Part shown: positions 9,172 to 20,187 of the stretch, in pieces
Numbering within the stretch: position 1 is the stretch's first letter
How the letters are laid out: each line of letters begins with the position of its first letter
DNA from: an uncultured Bacteroidales bacterium
Lineage (GTDB): Bacteria > Bacteroidota > Bacteroidia > Bacteroidales > UBA932
Length of the DNA: 44,589 bases
Assembly (NCBI GenBank): GCA_944323295.1
Contig: CALUSD010000017.1
Coordinates: 1 to 44,589 of the forward strand
Direction: 5' to 3'
The notes under the pieces: generated by a model
What the model saw: the letters and a program-made list of their open reading frames with translations, nothing else
Database searches by the model: none
What the model was told of the DNA's origin: nothing
Program-made: the position numbers and the translations under genes

Positions 9172-9791
9172 TATTCCTGTTTTGAATGAAGCGCCTTTTC
9201 TATCGTGGCGGAAATTATGTCGATAGCCACTTTGTTGTGGCCTCCTTGCGGAATGATGATGTCAGCATATCGTTTGCTCGGTTCGATAAACTGCAGGTAC
9301 ATCGGCTTTACGGTTTTCGTGTACCGTTCGATTACTTTTTCTACAGTTTTTCCGCGTTCGATTATGTCGCGTGCCATTACCCTCATCAGCCTGTCATCAT
9401 CGTCTGCGTCTACAAAAATTTTTATGTCCATCTGCTCCCGGAGTTCCGCGCAGGTAAAAATGAGTATTCCTTCGATGATGATGACATCAGCCGGACGGAC
9501 AGTGACCGTTTCTGTTTTTGACCGGGAACATGTCAGATAGGAATAGACAGGCTGCTGGATCGTTTCTCCGCTTTTCAGGGCTTTCAGCTGCTCGTTGAGC
9601 AACCGGAAATCGATTGAATCGGGATGGTCGAAATTGACTTTCTGCCGTTCTTCCAAAGGAAGATGGCTTGAATCCTTATAATACGAGTCTTGTGGAATTA
9701 CCACTACATTTTCATGCAGCTGTTCGGTAATTGCATTTACGACAGTCGTTTTTCCGGAGCCCGACCCTCCTGCTATTCCTATGACCAACAT
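9171..9791 (-). CDS. udk: Uridine kinase
   Basis: GIAGGSGSGKTT, QDSYY, NFDHP and FIEPSKRYADIIIP. Confidence 0.95.
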   Translation of the reverse strand: MLVIGIAGGSGSGKTTVVNAITEQLHENVVVIPQDSYYKDSSHLPLEERQKVNFDHPDSIDFRLLNEQLKALKSGETIQQPVYSYLTCSRSKTETVTVRPADVIIIEGILIFTCAELREQMDIKIFVDADDDDRLMRVMARDIIERGKTVEKVIERYTKTVKPMYLQFIEPSKRYADIIIPQGGHNKVAIDIISATIEKALHSKQE

Positions 9792-9801
9792 ATTGATTTT
9801 A

Positions 9802-11184
9802 TTAATATTCGGCGTTTTTAGGTGTCCTCGGGAACGGTATTACATCCCTGATATTGCTCATGCCGGTGACAAAAAGCAAAAGCCTTTCGAAACCGAGTCC
9901 GAAGCCGCTGTGCGGGGCGGAACCGAATCTCCTTGTGTCAAGATACCATTCGAGGGTATCTCTGCTCATTCCGAGTTCCGAAATCCGTGCTTCCAATTTC
10001 TCGAGAGATGACTCTCTTTCCGAGCCGCCGATGATTTCCCCTATCTTTGGGAAAAGAACATCCATGCCGCGGACAGTCTTGCCGTCATCATTCTGCTTCA
10101 TGTAGAAAGCCTTTATCCCCTTAGGATAGTCCGTCATGATGACCGGTTTCCCGAAATGTTTCTCTACAAGGTATCTTTCATGTTCGCTCTGCAAATCGAT
10201 GCCCCAGCCGACAGGGAATTCGAATTTTTCGCCTGATGATTCGAGTATCTTTATGCCTTCAGTGTAAGTAAGTCTTACGAAATCGGTTTTGATGACACTC
10301 TCTAACCTTTCTATCAGTTCCTTGTCGAACATGTCGTTAAGGAACTTGATGTCGTCCATGCAGTTCTCGAGTGCATACCTGACAAGCGACTTGATGAAAT
10401 CTTCCGCGAGATCCATGTTGTCGTTGATGTCATAGAATGCCATCTCAGGCTCGATCATCCAGAACTCTGCCAGGTGTCTCGGAGTATTAGAATTTTCAGC
10501 CCTGAATGTGGGTCCGAACGTATAAATGTCCCCTAATGCCATGGCTCCGAGCTCTCCTTCGAGCTGTCCGCTGACAGTCAGGCTCGTCTGCCGTCCGAAG
10601 AAATCCTGGGAGTAGTCGATCTGACCGTTGTCCTTTCGCGGCGGATTGCCCATGTCCAATGTCGTGACCTGGAACATTTCTCCGGCACCTTCGCAGTCGG
10701 ATGCCGTAATGATAGGGGTGTGAAGGTATACGAATCCCCGGTCATTAAAATATTTGTGTATGGCAAAGGCCATCGCGTGGCGTATCCTCAGGACGGCTCC
10801 GAAAGTGTTTGTTCTCGGTCTCAGATGAGCGATACTTCTGAGAAATTCCATTGAATGCCCTTTTTTCTGCAGCGGATAGCTGTCAGGGCTGGCTTCTCCG
10901 TAAATTTCGATTTCCTTTGCCTGAATCTCGACAGCCTGCCCGCTGCCGACGGACTTTACCAAGTCGCCTTTTACGCACAGGCAGGCTCCTGTCGTGATTT
11001 TTTTCAGCAAATCTTCGCTGAAAGCCGCCGTTTCGACTACGATTTGGATGTTATTTATAGTCGAGCCGTCATTCAAAGCTATGAAAGCTATGTTTTTGTT
11101 CCCTCTTTTCGTTCTTACCCAGCCTTTGGCAACAACTTCCCTGCCCGGCTCGCTTTTCAGCAAATCTTTGACTTTAGTTCTCAT
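9802..11184 (-). CDS. asnS: Asparagine--tRNA ligase
   Basis: GWVRT OB-fold, [31 protein letters not shown] and GFGLGFER. Confidence 0.97.
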   Translation of the reverse strand: MRTKVKDLLKSEPGREVVAKGWVRTKRGNKNIAFIALNDGSTINNIQIVVETAAFSEDLLKKITTGACLCVKGDLVKSVGSGQAVEIQAKEIEIYGEASPDSYPLQKKGHSMEFLRSIAHLRPRTNTFGAVLRIRHAMAFAIHKYFNDRGFVYLHTPIITASDCEGAGEMFQVTTLDMGNPPRKDNGQIDYSQDFFGRQTSLTVSGQLEGELGAMALGDIYTFGPTFRAENSNTPRHLAEFWMIEPEMAFYDINDNMDLAEDFIKSLVRYALENCMDDIKFLNDMFDKELIERLESVIKTDFVRLTYTEGIKILESSGEKFEFPVGWGIDLQSEHERYLVEKHFGKPVIMTDYPKGIKAFYMKQNDDGKTVRGMDVLFPKIGEIIGGSERESSLEKLEARISELGMSRDTLEWYLDTRRFGSAPHSGFGLGFERLLLFVTGMSNIRDVIPFPRTPKNAEY

Positions 11185-11212
11185 AACAAATATTTTACGT
11201 CACGTGGACGGA

Positions 11213-12424
11213 TTATTCCGTCAACATTATCTTTTTAGAAATTTCAGTATTGTCATAGCATCCGGAAAACTTTTCTGCCCCTTTGCCGACGGCATATACA
11301 GGTACAGGTATTCCGCTATGTCCAGTGCTTGCCCATCCGATATTTGCTTTCTTGTTCAGCTCGGAATTTTCTTTATCGCTGAGAATATCCTGTTTTCCTG
11401 CAGCATTCCATGAATCTTCCAGCATTTTCCAGTCGAATTGTTCTCCGTTGTTGCTTGTAAGCGTAAGACCTCCGGTTTCGTGATCGGCAGTCACTACAAT
11501 GAGGGTTTCATCCGGATGCGCAAGATAGAAATCATAGGCCCTCTTCACGGCGGCATCGAGTTCCATAACCTTTTCTGTCATCGACATGGTCCTGTTGTCG
11601 TGGCATGCCCAGTCGATGGTACCGCCTTCTGCCATTATGAAGAACGGTTTGCCGTTTTGAGAGAAGCGCTCGATAGCCGTAGCGACCATTTCCTCAAGGG
11701 AGATGTCTTCCTGTTCGGTATGTTCCACTACATAATCGATGCTTGTCGCTTTTTTATTGCTTGCCTGGCAAAGAATGAGTTTATCCGCATTTTTTTCGGC
11801 TTCGTATTCACTCATTCCATAGCTGATGGTGTAGCCTTTGCTTTCGATTATGTTGTCGATGTCTTCCTTATCTCCGCCTTTTCCGTTAAAATCGAGGAAT
11901 CCGTCTCCTGCGAAGAAGTCGAATCCGCTTTCCGGTATCTGAAGACTGATTTCATAGTAGTCGCTGCGAGACTTTGCATTGGCATAAAATGAGGCCGGAG
12001 TCGCGTGATTTACAGGTACGTTGCTCATTATGCCTATTTGATATCCTTTTTCCTTCAGTTCGTACGTGTAGCTTTCATACTCTTCGCCTTCCGGTGACTG
12101 GCCCAACACGTGGTTGTCCGTCTTGTATCCTGTAGCCAGGGCTGTGCCTGACGCGGATGAGCAGGTGATGCTTTTGTTCGCGGAATATGTAGTCGCCATT
12201 CCCGTATAAGGAAATTTCGTAAACGTAAGTCGTCCTATTCCTCCCAATTCTCCGTCGAGGTACGCCAGATATGACTCCGTAGCAGCCATCTGAGCCTGGC
12301 CCATGCCATCGCCTACAAAGAAAAAGATGTACTTGGCCTGTTCGTTTTCAGTGTTTTCATTTTTGCATCCGCAAACAGCGCATATCGCGAGCAGGATGCA
12401 CAAGAGTGGCAATTTAGATTTCAT
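11213..12424 (-). CDS. Alkaline phosphatase (lipoprotein)
   Basis: Lipobox VCGC; GDGMG, SSASGTALATG, HATPA, EGGTIDWACH and VTADHETGG. Confidence 0.92.
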   Translation of the reverse strand: MKSKLPLLCILLAICAVCGCKNENTENEQAKYIFFFVGDGMGQAQMAATESYLAYLDGELGGIGRLTFTKFPYTGMATTYSANKSITCSSASGTALATGYKTDNHVLGQSPEGEEYESYTYELKEKGYQIGIMSNVPVNHATPASFYANAKSRSDYYEISLQIPESGFDFFAGDGFLDFNGKGGDKEDIDNIIESKGYTISYGMSEYEAEKNADKLILCQASNKKATSIDYVVEHTEQEDISLEEMVATAIERFSQNGKPFFIMAEGGTIDWACHDNRTMSMTEKVMELDAAVKRAYDFYLAHPDETLIVVTADHETGGLTLTSNNGEQFDWKMLEDSWNAAGKQDILSDKENSELNKKANIGWASTGHSGIPVPVYAVGKGAEKFSGCYDNTEISKKIMLTE

Positions 12425-12632
12425 GACTCGTTTTTTTTTAGTTTGATTTTCGCGACCCCAAATTTAGAAATTTTTTCTGATATTAAGAAGCCGTTTGAAC
12501 TTTTGAAAAAACTGAACGTTTTCTTCAAATATTTGTCTAAAAAAGGGGGGGGGGTGGCCAAAGGTTTGATATCTCTGTGAGAAATTGAATATTCGAAAGT
12601 GGAATCGATGTTGTCATCACGGATAAACAAAG

Positions 12633-12671
12633 AAAAAGGGAGGGTGACTTTCACTTTTGAGTCACCCTCCC
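12633..12671 (-). terminator. Intrinsic terminator of the exbB-exbD operon
   Basis: 12-bp stem GGGAGGGTGACT/AGTCACCCTCCC, followed by a U-tract on the minus strand. Confidence 0.85.
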
Positions 12672-12692
12672 CTCAGATGCGGTCAGTCAGTA

Positions 12693-13163
12693 TTATTCTG
12701 CCGGTTTTCTTGCGGCGTACATGATCTTCAGTGCGGAGCATCTTCTAAGCTCCTGCTTTACGTCCGTGATGATACCCATCCTGACGTCTGCGTCAGCCCT
12801 GATAGATACTGTCATATACTGTCTGTCGACTTCACTCATCGCGTCGCGTTCTGCTGCGATAAAGTCGCGGATCTCGTCAACTGTCTTGAATGAGTCATTG
12901 AGCTGTATACGTGCATCCGTACCATACATTCTCTGAAGAGATGCAATAGGTGATCCGATGTTGATATACGAGGTCAGGTCCTTTCTTTCCAACTTGGCTA
13001 CCTCGGTAGCTTCCGGAAGATTCACCATGACCTTGTTTTCCGTTTCACGCATACTTGTCGTCACCATAAAGAAGAACAGCAGCATGAACACGATATCCGA
13101 CATGGACGCTGTGGTCAAGCCTGGAACGGATTTCTTGTCTCCTTTTCCTCCGAATTTTGCCAT
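12693..13163 (-). CDS. exbD: ExbD/TolR biopolymer transport protein
   Basis: SMSDIVFMLLFFFMVTT and IRADADV. Confidence 0.9.
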   Translation of the reverse strand: MAKFGGKGDKKSVPGLTTASMSDIVFMLLFFFMVTTSMRETENKVMVNLPEATEVAKLERKDLTSYINIGSPIASLQRMYGTDARIQLNDSFKTVDEIRDFIAAERDAMSEVDRQYMTVSIRADADVRMGIITDVKQELRRCSALKIMYAARKPAE

Positions 13164-13177
13164 AATTTAGTTCTCCT

Positions 13178-13753
13178 TTAATTATTTGACACATCCTTCG
13201 GCTCTGCCTCGGAAATATTCTGAGGTATCGCCTCCCTTACGATTCTCTGCTGATCGTTGTTCAGGCTCAGATATGCTTTGCCGAAATGGGCTTTTGAAAA
13301 TTCGTCACGCAGTTCGTTCACGGCCTTTACAAGTTCGTTCTGCACTTCGATGTATGCCTTATAACTTGTACCGCGGTCGTTCTGGAGCGAAATGATGCCC
13401 TTCGAAACATTATATGTGCCGAATCCTTCGATCTCTTTCGGACTTCTTTCCGGAAGGTCAGGATCATTGTTCGGGTTTACAAGGAATTCTTTGACTTTGT
13501 CTTTCAAAAAGCTGACATCCATAGGCTCATTACCGGCGAACAGTCTGTCAGCGGAGTTGATCCTCACGATGATGATGTTTCTCCTGTTGACTTTCTGGTC
13601 CTGCACCTCCTGATTTTCATCAGGAATAGGCGGAAGACGGCGCTGCAGACCCGAGTCCTGATTCATCGTAGTGGTCATCAGGAAGTACGAGAGCAGCAGG
13701 AATGCTATATCCGCCGATGAAGCTGAATTTAATTCTGGAGTCTTCTTAGACAT
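13178..13753 (-). CDS. exbD: ExbD/TolR family protein
   Basis: SSADIAFLLLSYFLMTT and ISLQNDRGTSY. Confidence 0.88.
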   Translation of the reverse strand: MSKKTPELNSASSADIAFLLLSYFLMTTTMNQDSGLQRRLPPIPDENQEVQDQKVNRRNIIIVRINSADRLFAGNEPMDVSFLKDKVKEFLVNPNNDPDLPERSPKEIEGFGTYNVSKGIISLQNDRGTSYKAYIEVQNELVKAVNELRDEFSKAHFGKAYLSLNNDQQRIVREAIPQNISEAEPKDVSNN

Positions 13754-13761
13754 AGTTCTGT

Positions 13762-14196
13762 TTATTTATTGCGGATTGCATTATATATTCCGCCGCCGAT
13801 AATGGCAAGCACTGTCAGCGCACAGAGAATATATGTGAGGTTCAAAACTGTATCGGTAAGTTTCAAAGTCATCTGGCTGACTTCAGGACCGATATATCCC
13901 TGGGCAGGAGCTCCTGACGAGAGGAAGTACACAGCACCTACCACGATGACAACCACTACGAGTTCGACTCCCATTTTGATGAGATTCTTAGGGTTGTTGA
14001 TGGCGCTGATGGCTACGCCGAAAAGAACGGCTGCCGCTATTCCCACTATCATCAGCACGTATGCCCAGTAGAAGAGGGTGTTTACCGAAGCGTCATTGAA
14101 GCCTACGGCATATCCCCATGCTGTTATGGCTGCACTGACTATCATCAGTACCCACAACATGATCTTTACTATTTTTTCGAATTTGCTGGATGACAT
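13762..14196 (-). CDS. Four-TM membrane protein of the Bacteroidota exbB-exbD operon
   Basis: Four hydrophobic helices; short gaps to both operon neighbours. Confidence 0.8.
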   Translation of the reverse strand: MSSSKFEKIVKIMLWVLMIVSAAITAWGYAVGFNDASVNTLFYWAYVLMIVGIAAAVLFGVAISAINNPKNLIKMGVELVVVVIVVGAVYFLSSGAPAQGYIGPEVSQMTLKLTDTVLNLTYILCALTVLAIIGGGIYNAIRNK

Positions 14197-14202
14197 TGTC
14201 TC

Positions 14203-15003
14203 TTATTTTTTATTCTCGTATTTAACCAGGATATCCACAAGCGAGATAGAAGCGTCTTCCATGTCGATGGAGAGGGAATCTATTCTCGATACGATGTAGT
14301 TGTAGAAGACCTGGAGAATAATAGCGACGATCAAACCTCCGACGGTGGTGATCAAGGCCACTTTCATACCTCCTGCAACGACGTTAGGCGAGATATCACC
14401 GGCTGCCTGGATAGCATCGAATGCCTGCACCATACCGACCACAGTTCCCAAGAATCCGAGGGATGTAGACAGGGCTATGAAAAGCGCTACCCATGTAAGA
14501 CCGTTCTCCATAAGGCTCATCTGTACGGAACCATAGGATACAACCGTCTTTTCTACTACTTCTATACCCTGATCCATGCGGAGGAAACCCTGATAGAAAA
14601 TGCTTGCTACAGGTCCGCGGGTGGTGCGGCAAACTTCCTTTGCAGCCTCTACGCCGCCTTCATTGAGAGCAGTCTCGATTTTGGCAAGGAGTTTCTTGGT
14701 ATTTGTTTTGGAGAAACTCAGATAGAGAATTCTTTCGATAGAGATGGCAAGACCGAAGATAAGGCAGAGGATGATGGAGGCCATGAAGCCAGGACCACCT
14801 TCTATGAACTTGGTCTTGAGCTGCTGATGAAGAGGAATCTCGCTCTGACCTGCCTGGAATGGATTGGCGTTTTCTGCAGTTGCTACTTCTTCTACTGCTG
14901 CCGCTGAATCCGGAACAGCAGTGGTATCAGTCTGAGCTGCTGCAACCTGAGCGGTGAAAGCCATCATTGCAATAGTTGCAAGTGATATGAAAAAATTTTT
15001 CAT
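14203..15003 (-). CDS. exbB: MotA/TolQ/ExbB proton channel
   Basis: LGFLGTVVGMVQAF and GMKVALITTVGGL. Confidence 0.92.
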   Translation of the reverse strand: MKNFFISLATIAMMAFTAQVAAAQTDTTAVPDSAAAVEEVATAENANPFQAGQSEIPLHQQLKTKFIEGGPGFMASIILCLIFGLAISIERILYLSFSKTNTKKLLAKIETALNEGGVEAAKEVCRTTRGPVASIFYQGFLRMDQGIEVVEKTVVSYGSVQMSLMENGLTWVALFIALSTSLGFLGTVVGMVQAFDAIQAAGDISPNVVAGGMKVALITTVGGLIVAIILQVFYNYIVSRIDSLSIDMEDASISLVDILVKYENKK

Positions 15004-15140
15004 AATTGTTTGTGTGTGTTTAATTAATAATGTATCAGTTTGTTATATTTTAAATTTCTCAGATTTAATTATGCAGTAACCTTAAATCCGGTGCAATTTA
15101 GCAAATAATTTTCATATGACAATAGGAAACTGTTTTGAAT

Positions 15141-16226
15141 TTATCGAAAATTCTGGTCGGTTTCCAGCTTTTTTGATATTTCTCCCCTCAGATTCTTGTC
15201 GAGCTGCGCGGTTACGAAATCGTTGTCGTCAGACATGCCCATCAGGAAAAAGAGTTTGGCGAGGGCTCCCTCCGTCGTGCAGTCGTAGCCGCTGAGGACC
15301 CCTTCATTTTCCAATTTTTTACCGGTGGCATATAGTTTCATGTCGACCGAGCCGGCGAGGCACTGGGTCACGTTCAGCAGGATTTTTCCCATCGATACCG
15401 CTTCTTTTATCAGGTCGATGAACCACCCTTTGGACGGTGCGTTTCCAGAGCCGTATGTTTCTATGATGACGGCTCTGGTTTCAGGACCGCAGAGGATGTT
15501 TCTGACGACCTGCGGAGTGATGCCGGGGTGGAGTTTCAGAATGGAGACCCTCGTGTCGAGTGCGGTATGGAAAACCGGTTTCCGCTCCCAATCCGCCGGT
15601 CTGATGATTCCGGATCTGTTGTATCTGATGTTTATCCCGGCTTCCGCGAGGGCGGGAAAGTTTCCCGATGCAAAGGCTCTGAAATTTTCGGAACTGACTT
15701 TCGTCGTCCTGTTTCCTCTCATAAGCGTATTTCCGAAATAGATGCAGACTTCCGGGACTACGGCATGACCGTCGCTGTCTTTTGCCGCAGCGATTTCTAC
15801 TGCTGAAACGAGATTCTCCTTGCCGTCGGTGCGTGCCGCCCCTACTGGCAGCTGACTCCCGGTAAAAATGACCGGTTTGGTCAGGCCTTCTATCATGAAA
15901 CTCAGCGCTGAGGCCGAATATGCCATGGTATCGGTGCCGTGCAAAATCACGAAACCGTCGTAATCTTCATATTTTTCTTCAATGAGTCCTGCGAGTTTCT
16001 GCCATTGCCGAGGCTCCACGTCCGCCGAATCGATGAGAGGACGGAATGTGCATGAGTCGATTCTGTATGCGAATTTCCCGAGCTCCGGGACCTCTTCAAG
16101 TATCTGCGAGAAATCGAACGGCTTCAATGTCTGTTCCGCCGGGTCGGCCTTCATGCCTATCGTCCCTCCGGTATAGATCAGCAGGATCGAGGATTTTTCG
16201 CTGCTGGTTTCGAAAGTGAATTTCAT
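15141..16226 (-). CDS. ansA: L-asparaginase type I
   Basis: YTGGTIGM, HGTDTMAY and TGSQLP. Start taken at MKFTFE (16226). Confidence 0.93.
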   Translation of the reverse strand: MKFTFETSSEKSSILLIYTGGTIGMKADPAEQTLKPFDFSQILEEVPELGKFAYRIDSCTFRPLIDSADVEPRQWQKLAGLIEEKYEDYDGFVILHGTDTMAYSASALSFMIEGLTKPVIFTGSQLPVGAARTDGKENLVSAVEIAAAKDSDGHAVVPEVCIYFGNTLMRGNRTTKVSSENFRAFASGNFPALAEAGINIRYNRSGIIRPADWERKPVFHTALDTRVSILKLHPGITPQVVRNILCGPETRAVIIETYGSGNAPSKGWFIDLIKEAVSMGKILLNVTQCLAGSVDMKLYATGKKLENEGVLSGYDCTTEGALAKLFFLMGMSDDNDFVTAQLDKNLRGEISKKLETDQNFR

Positions 16227-16239
16227 GCTGCGCGATTTT

Positions 16240-17013
16240 TCATATTTTGAACAGTTTTTCGGCATTGGCCGATGTGGCGGCAGCCACTTCGGCCATGGAA
16301 ATACCTTTCTGCGCGGCTATCTTTTCGGCGACAAAAGGTATGTATGAACTCTCGTTTCTTTTGCCTCTGTGCGGTGCCGGGGTGAGATAGGGCGAGTCCG
16401 TTTCCAATAATATTCTTTCGAGCGGAATTTCCCTGACCGTTTCGGCTATGGAGGCGTTTTTGTAAGTGACTACCCCTCCTATTCCGACATACCAGTCTCC
16501 TGTACGCGATAAATCCCGGAATGTTTCGATGCTTCCTCCGAATGCGTGGAAAACTCCAGCGGGGGAGAGGGATTTGCATCGTTTCAATACGTTCAGGATA
16601 AGTTCCGTGGCATTTCTCGAATGTACGATGACGGGAAGCCCGAGCCTGCACGCTATTCGGATCTGCGCTTCGAATGCGGCTTCCTGCTCCCTGACGAATT
16701 CTTTTGACCAGTAGCAGTCCATGCCTGTTTCTCCTATGGCCCATATTCCGGTACCGGAAGCTATGCGTGATTCGATTTCATCCAATTCGTCTCTCCAGTC
16801 CGCTCCTGTAGAGGTGGGATGCAGTCCGAGGCACGGGAAAAGCACTCCGGGATGTTTCGATGCCAATGCAAACATGTTTTCCCGGGAGGTTTTGTCTATG
16901 TCTGGAAGAATCATTTTCTTCACTCCGGCTGCCAAGGCTCTTTGTATGGGGGCTTCGTAGTCTTCGGCGAACTGTTCGTCATAAAGATGCGTATGCGTGT
17001 CGATAAAGTACAT
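16240..17013 (-). CDS. tatD: TatD family DNase
   Basis: DTHTH, GLHP, IGETGMD, HSR and LLETDSPY. Confidence 0.93.
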   Translation of the reverse strand: MYFIDTHTHLYDEQFAEDYEAPIQRALAAGVKKMILPDIDKTSRENMFALASKHPGVLFPCLGLHPTSTGADWRDELDEIESRIASGTGIWAIGETGMDCYWSKEFVREQEAAFEAQIRIACRLGLPVIVHSRNATELILNVLKRCKSLSPAGVFHAFGGSIETFRDLSRTGDWYVGIGGVVTYKNASIAETVREIPLERILLETDSPYLTPAPHRGKRNESSYIPFVAEKIAAQKGISMAEVAAATSANAEKLFKI

Positions 17014-17088
17014 TTTCGGAAAATTTCACAAAAATACATATAAATCGGCGATTTTACGCCGGGAGGACAAGAATCTGTTTTGAAATTT

Positions 17089-18252
17089 TTATCTTTTTCC
17101 GGCATCGATGGTGCAGCGCTGCATGAGATCTACGGATATGACCCCGTCGCTTTCCAGAATGCCAGTGAGTTCCGCTACCGTCCTGTATCCATATCCTGTC
17201 ATTTCGGAAAGTTCCTGCATGGACAGTCTCCTGTTCTTTTTTATCAGCAGGAGGATTCTGGCGATTTTGTCGACCGTATCGCGTTCGTGCGATTTGCCAT
17301 AGCAGGAAACCGCGCTTTCTATGTCGAATTCTCTTTTCCTTTTGAAACCGTATCCGAGACTTTCGACGAGATTTTTTTCCGAAACTATCGGAATGGCGGT
17401 CCCGGAGCGTATCATGGCGTTGCATCCTTCGGACAGCGGGTCGTCCGCTCTTCCCGGCAGGGCATAGACATCACGGTCGTAGGAAAAGGCTTGCCTGGCG
17501 GTAATCAGTCCTCCTCCGCGGTGCCTCGATTCTATCAGAATGGTGGCTTTGCCGAGTCCTGCGATAATTCTGTTCCTGCGGACGAAGTTGACGGGAATGG
17601 CTGCAGTGTGCAACGGATAGTCCGAAATCAGGGCAGATCCTTTTTCGGAAGCGATTCTTGTCGCATACCGCCTGTGAGCGGACGGGTAGACGGATTCCGC
17701 TCCTGTAGCCATCACGGCAATGGTGCTCAGTCCGCAGTCCAATGCGGCAATATGGGCCGTGATATCTGTCCCGTATGCCAGTCCGCTGACTATTACGGGA
17801 TTTTTTCCTGTCCGGGCTAAGGCCTCGACGATTCTTCTGCACCAGTCTTTGCCGTAGTCTGACACGCTGCGGGTACCTACGATGGAGATGAAGTCCTTTT
17901 GATTCTGGAAACAGTCATCGGGAAAATCACTCCTTATATATATACCTGCAGGTCCGTCTTCGCATTCGTTCAGGGGGGCCGGGTATTCTTTTTCAGTTCT
18001 TCCTATGAAAGATATGCCGTATTTTGCCGCCTCTTCTATCTCCGATGCGGCCCTGTCGAGCGATCGGACATTCAGAGCATCCCTGTATTTCGAATACGGA
18101 CCGAGAATTTCAAGCAAGTCTGATTTTTCCATTTCGAAAATGGCTTTCGCCGATCCGAAGCATTCGAGAAGCGCTGTGGCAATTCTCGGCTCGAAGCCGA
18201 AAATCATGTTCAAAGCGCAGAGGCATACCTTTTCCTCATAATGACAGTTCAT
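17089..18252 (-). CDS. dprA: DNA-processing protein DprA
   Basis: IVGTR, VSGLAYGTD..AH, FVRRNRIIAGL and ALPGR. Confidence 0.93.
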   Translation of the reverse strand: MNCHYEEKVCLCALNMIFGFEPRIATALLECFGSAKAIFEMEKSDLLEILGPYSKYRDALNVRSLDRAASEIEEAAKYGISFIGRTEKEYPAPLNECEDGPAGIYIRSDFPDDCFQNQKDFISIVGTRSVSDYGKDWCRRIVEALARTGKNPVIVSGLAYGTDITAHIAALDCGLSTIAVMATGAESVYPSAHRRYATRIASEKGSALISDYPLHTAAIPVNFVRRNRIIAGLGKATILIESRHRGGGLITARQAFSYDRDVYALPGRADDPLSEGCNAMIRSGTAIPIVSEKNLVESLGYGFKRKREFDIESAVSCYGKSHERDTVDKIARILLLIKKNRRLSMQELSEMTGYGYRTVAELTGILESDGVISVDLMQRCTIDAGKR

Positions 18253-18282
18253 TTTTGCCTTAAAGGTATCCTGTCTGAAAAA

Positions 18283-18322
18283 GAAAAAAGGACGGAAAAA
18301 GAAATTCCTGTCCTTTTTTTCT
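18283..18322. terminator. Probable intrinsic terminator downstream of queA
   Basis: AAAAAAGGAC-GGAA..TTCC-GTCCTTTTTT hairpin flanked by A and T tracts. Confidence 0.65.
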
Positions 18323-18368
18323 CTTTTTTTATGTTTTTTACGATTTTTTACATTTCGTACTGTCCGTA

Positions 18369-19418
18369 TCAGACAATCAGCAGCGCATCTCCGTAAGGCC
18401 CGAACTTGTAATCCTCCTTCAATGCCGTTTCGTACGCTTTCATGACATTCTCATATTCCCCGAAAGCTGCAACGGACATCAGCATCGTAGAGCCTGGCAG
18501 ATGGAAATTGGATACTATGGCATCCGGTATGGCGAATCTGTACGGAGGAAAGATGAATTTGTTCGTCCAGCCGTCGTATGGATTCACTTCATCGTATGAG
18601 GTGACGTATGTCTCGAGAGCTCTCATGACGGTGACTCCTACTGCAAGCACCTTGTTTTTGGCCCTCTTGGTCTTGTTTATGATATCCGCGGTCTCTTCCG
18701 ATATTATCACCCTTTCGGAGTCCATCTTGTGTTTCGACAAATCCTCTACATCCACCGATCTGAAGTGCCCTATTCCCATGTGCAGGGTGATGAATGTTTT
18801 GTTTATGTCTTTGAGAATCATTCTGTTGAACAATTCTCTGCTGAAATGCAGACCGGCTGCTGGAGCTGCTACCGCACCTTCGTTTTTGGCAAAGATGGTC
18901 TGGTAGTTTTCTGCATCTTCCGGGGTGGTCTTCTCTCTGACGAATGTCGGGAGCGGCGTTTCTCCGAGGGAGTAGAGCGTGTCCTTAAATTCTTCGTAGG
19001 AGCCGTCGAACAGGAACCGCAGCGTGCGGCCTCTTGATGTGGTGTTGTCGATGACTTCCGCTACAAGGCTTTCGTCTTCGCCGAAATACAGTTTGTTTCC
19101 GATTCTTATTTTTCTCGCCGGATCTACTATCACATCCCACAGGCGCTGTTCACGGTTGAGTTCCCGAAGCAGGAAAACTTCGATTTCGGCCTTGGTCTTT
19201 TCCTTGTTGCCGTAAAGTCTTGCAGGGAAAACTTTCGTGTCATTCAAAACGAACGTATCTCCTTTGCCGAAATAATCTATGATATTTTTGAAAAGTTTGT
19301 GCTCTATTTCCCCCGTGTTTTTATGAAGGACCATAAGTTTGCATTCATCTCTCCATCTCGGAGGTTCCTGCGCAATTTTTTCCTTGGGGAGGCTGAATTG
19401 AAATTGTGAAAGTTTCAT
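18369..19418 (-). CDS. queA: S-adenosylmethionine:tRNA ribosyltransferase-isomerase
   Basis: [29 protein letters not shown] and NFHLP. Confidence 0.95.
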   Translation of the reverse strand: MKLSQFQFSLPKEKIAQEPPRWRDECKLMVLHKNTGEIEHKLFKNIIDYFGKGDTFVLNDTKVFPARLYGNKEKTKAEIEVFLLRELNREQRLWDVIVDPARKIRIGNKLYFGEDESLVAEVIDNTTSRGRTLRFLFDGSYEEFKDTLYSLGETPLPTFVREKTTPEDAENYQTIFAKNEGAVAAPAAGLHFSRELFNRMILKDINKTFITLHMGIGHFRSVDVEDLSKHKMDSERVIISEETADIINKTKRAKNKVLAVGVTVMRALETYVTSYDEVNPYDGWTNKFIFPPYRFAIPDAIVSNFHLPGSTMLMSVAAFGEYENVMKAYETALKEDYKFGPYGDALLIV

Positions 19419-19572
19419 TTCTGATACGGAAAAATCTTATTTCTTAACGTCAACTCGGACGAATTTATTTGTTAAACAAAATCTCACGACATTTAATTAT
19501 ACGAAATTTTCAAAAAATTGTTTCAGAAACCGTTTCAAATTCACAAAGAATAAACAGTTTCTTAAAAAGTCT

Positions 19573-20187
19573 CTATATGACGCCTTTTTCCTTGAAAACT
19601 TCTATTATTGACGGATAGGTCTTGTCTAAAAAAGCGGGAAGGCTCGATTTCGCCACCCATGCGGCTTTCATGATATCTTCTTCTTTCTGCGGAATCAGAT
19701 CGGTCGGAGCCGTGTACTGCATGTCGAACCACCAAGTGTGTTTGAGATGCCAGATGCCTTCGCGTTTGTAGCAGTGGTCGGTGATGCATATCAGATCTTT
19801 CAGGACAAGCTCTTCCACACCCGTTTCCTCCTGCACTTCACGCAGTGCGGTGACTTTGATATCTTCGCCCTCTTCCCTGTGTCCTTTCGGAAGATCCCAC
19901 AGTCCGCTCCGCTTGATGAGCAGGAAATCGCCCCTTCTGTTCGATACCAATCCGCCGCCTGCATCCACCTGTTTGAATTCCGAGCAGAGGTCACGGTATG
20001 TGTCCTCGATGTTGTCCGTGGGGATGAATATTTTCCCGAGATTGCCGGATATCTCGAACATCTGCACCAAATCGTGCATGTCGGCTTTCTCTCCGATGCT
20101 GAATTGTATGGCATTCGGGTCCGTCAGAGCCTGTTCGAATGGCGGACAGATGATGATACATCGCTTTTCGAGGTATATCTTATACAT
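19573..20187 (-). CDS. NUDIX hydrolase
   Basis: Nudix box WDLPKGH..ALREVQEETG. Confidence 0.9.
   Translation of the reverse strand: MYKIYLEKRCIIICPPFEQALTDPNAIQFSIGEKADMHDLVQMFEISGNLGKIFIPTDNIEDTYRDLCSEFKQVDAGGGLVSNRRGDFLLIKRSGLWDLPKGHREEGEDIKVTALREVQEETGVEELVLKDLICITDHCYKREGIWHLKHTWWFDMQYTAPTDLIPQKEEDIMKAAWVAKSSLPAFLDKTYPSIIEVFKEKGVI

Noticed and set aside
15004-15140. tRNA or ncRNA upstream of exbB
   Set aside because: AT-rich, with no cloverleaf or T-loop (GTTCGA) signature.
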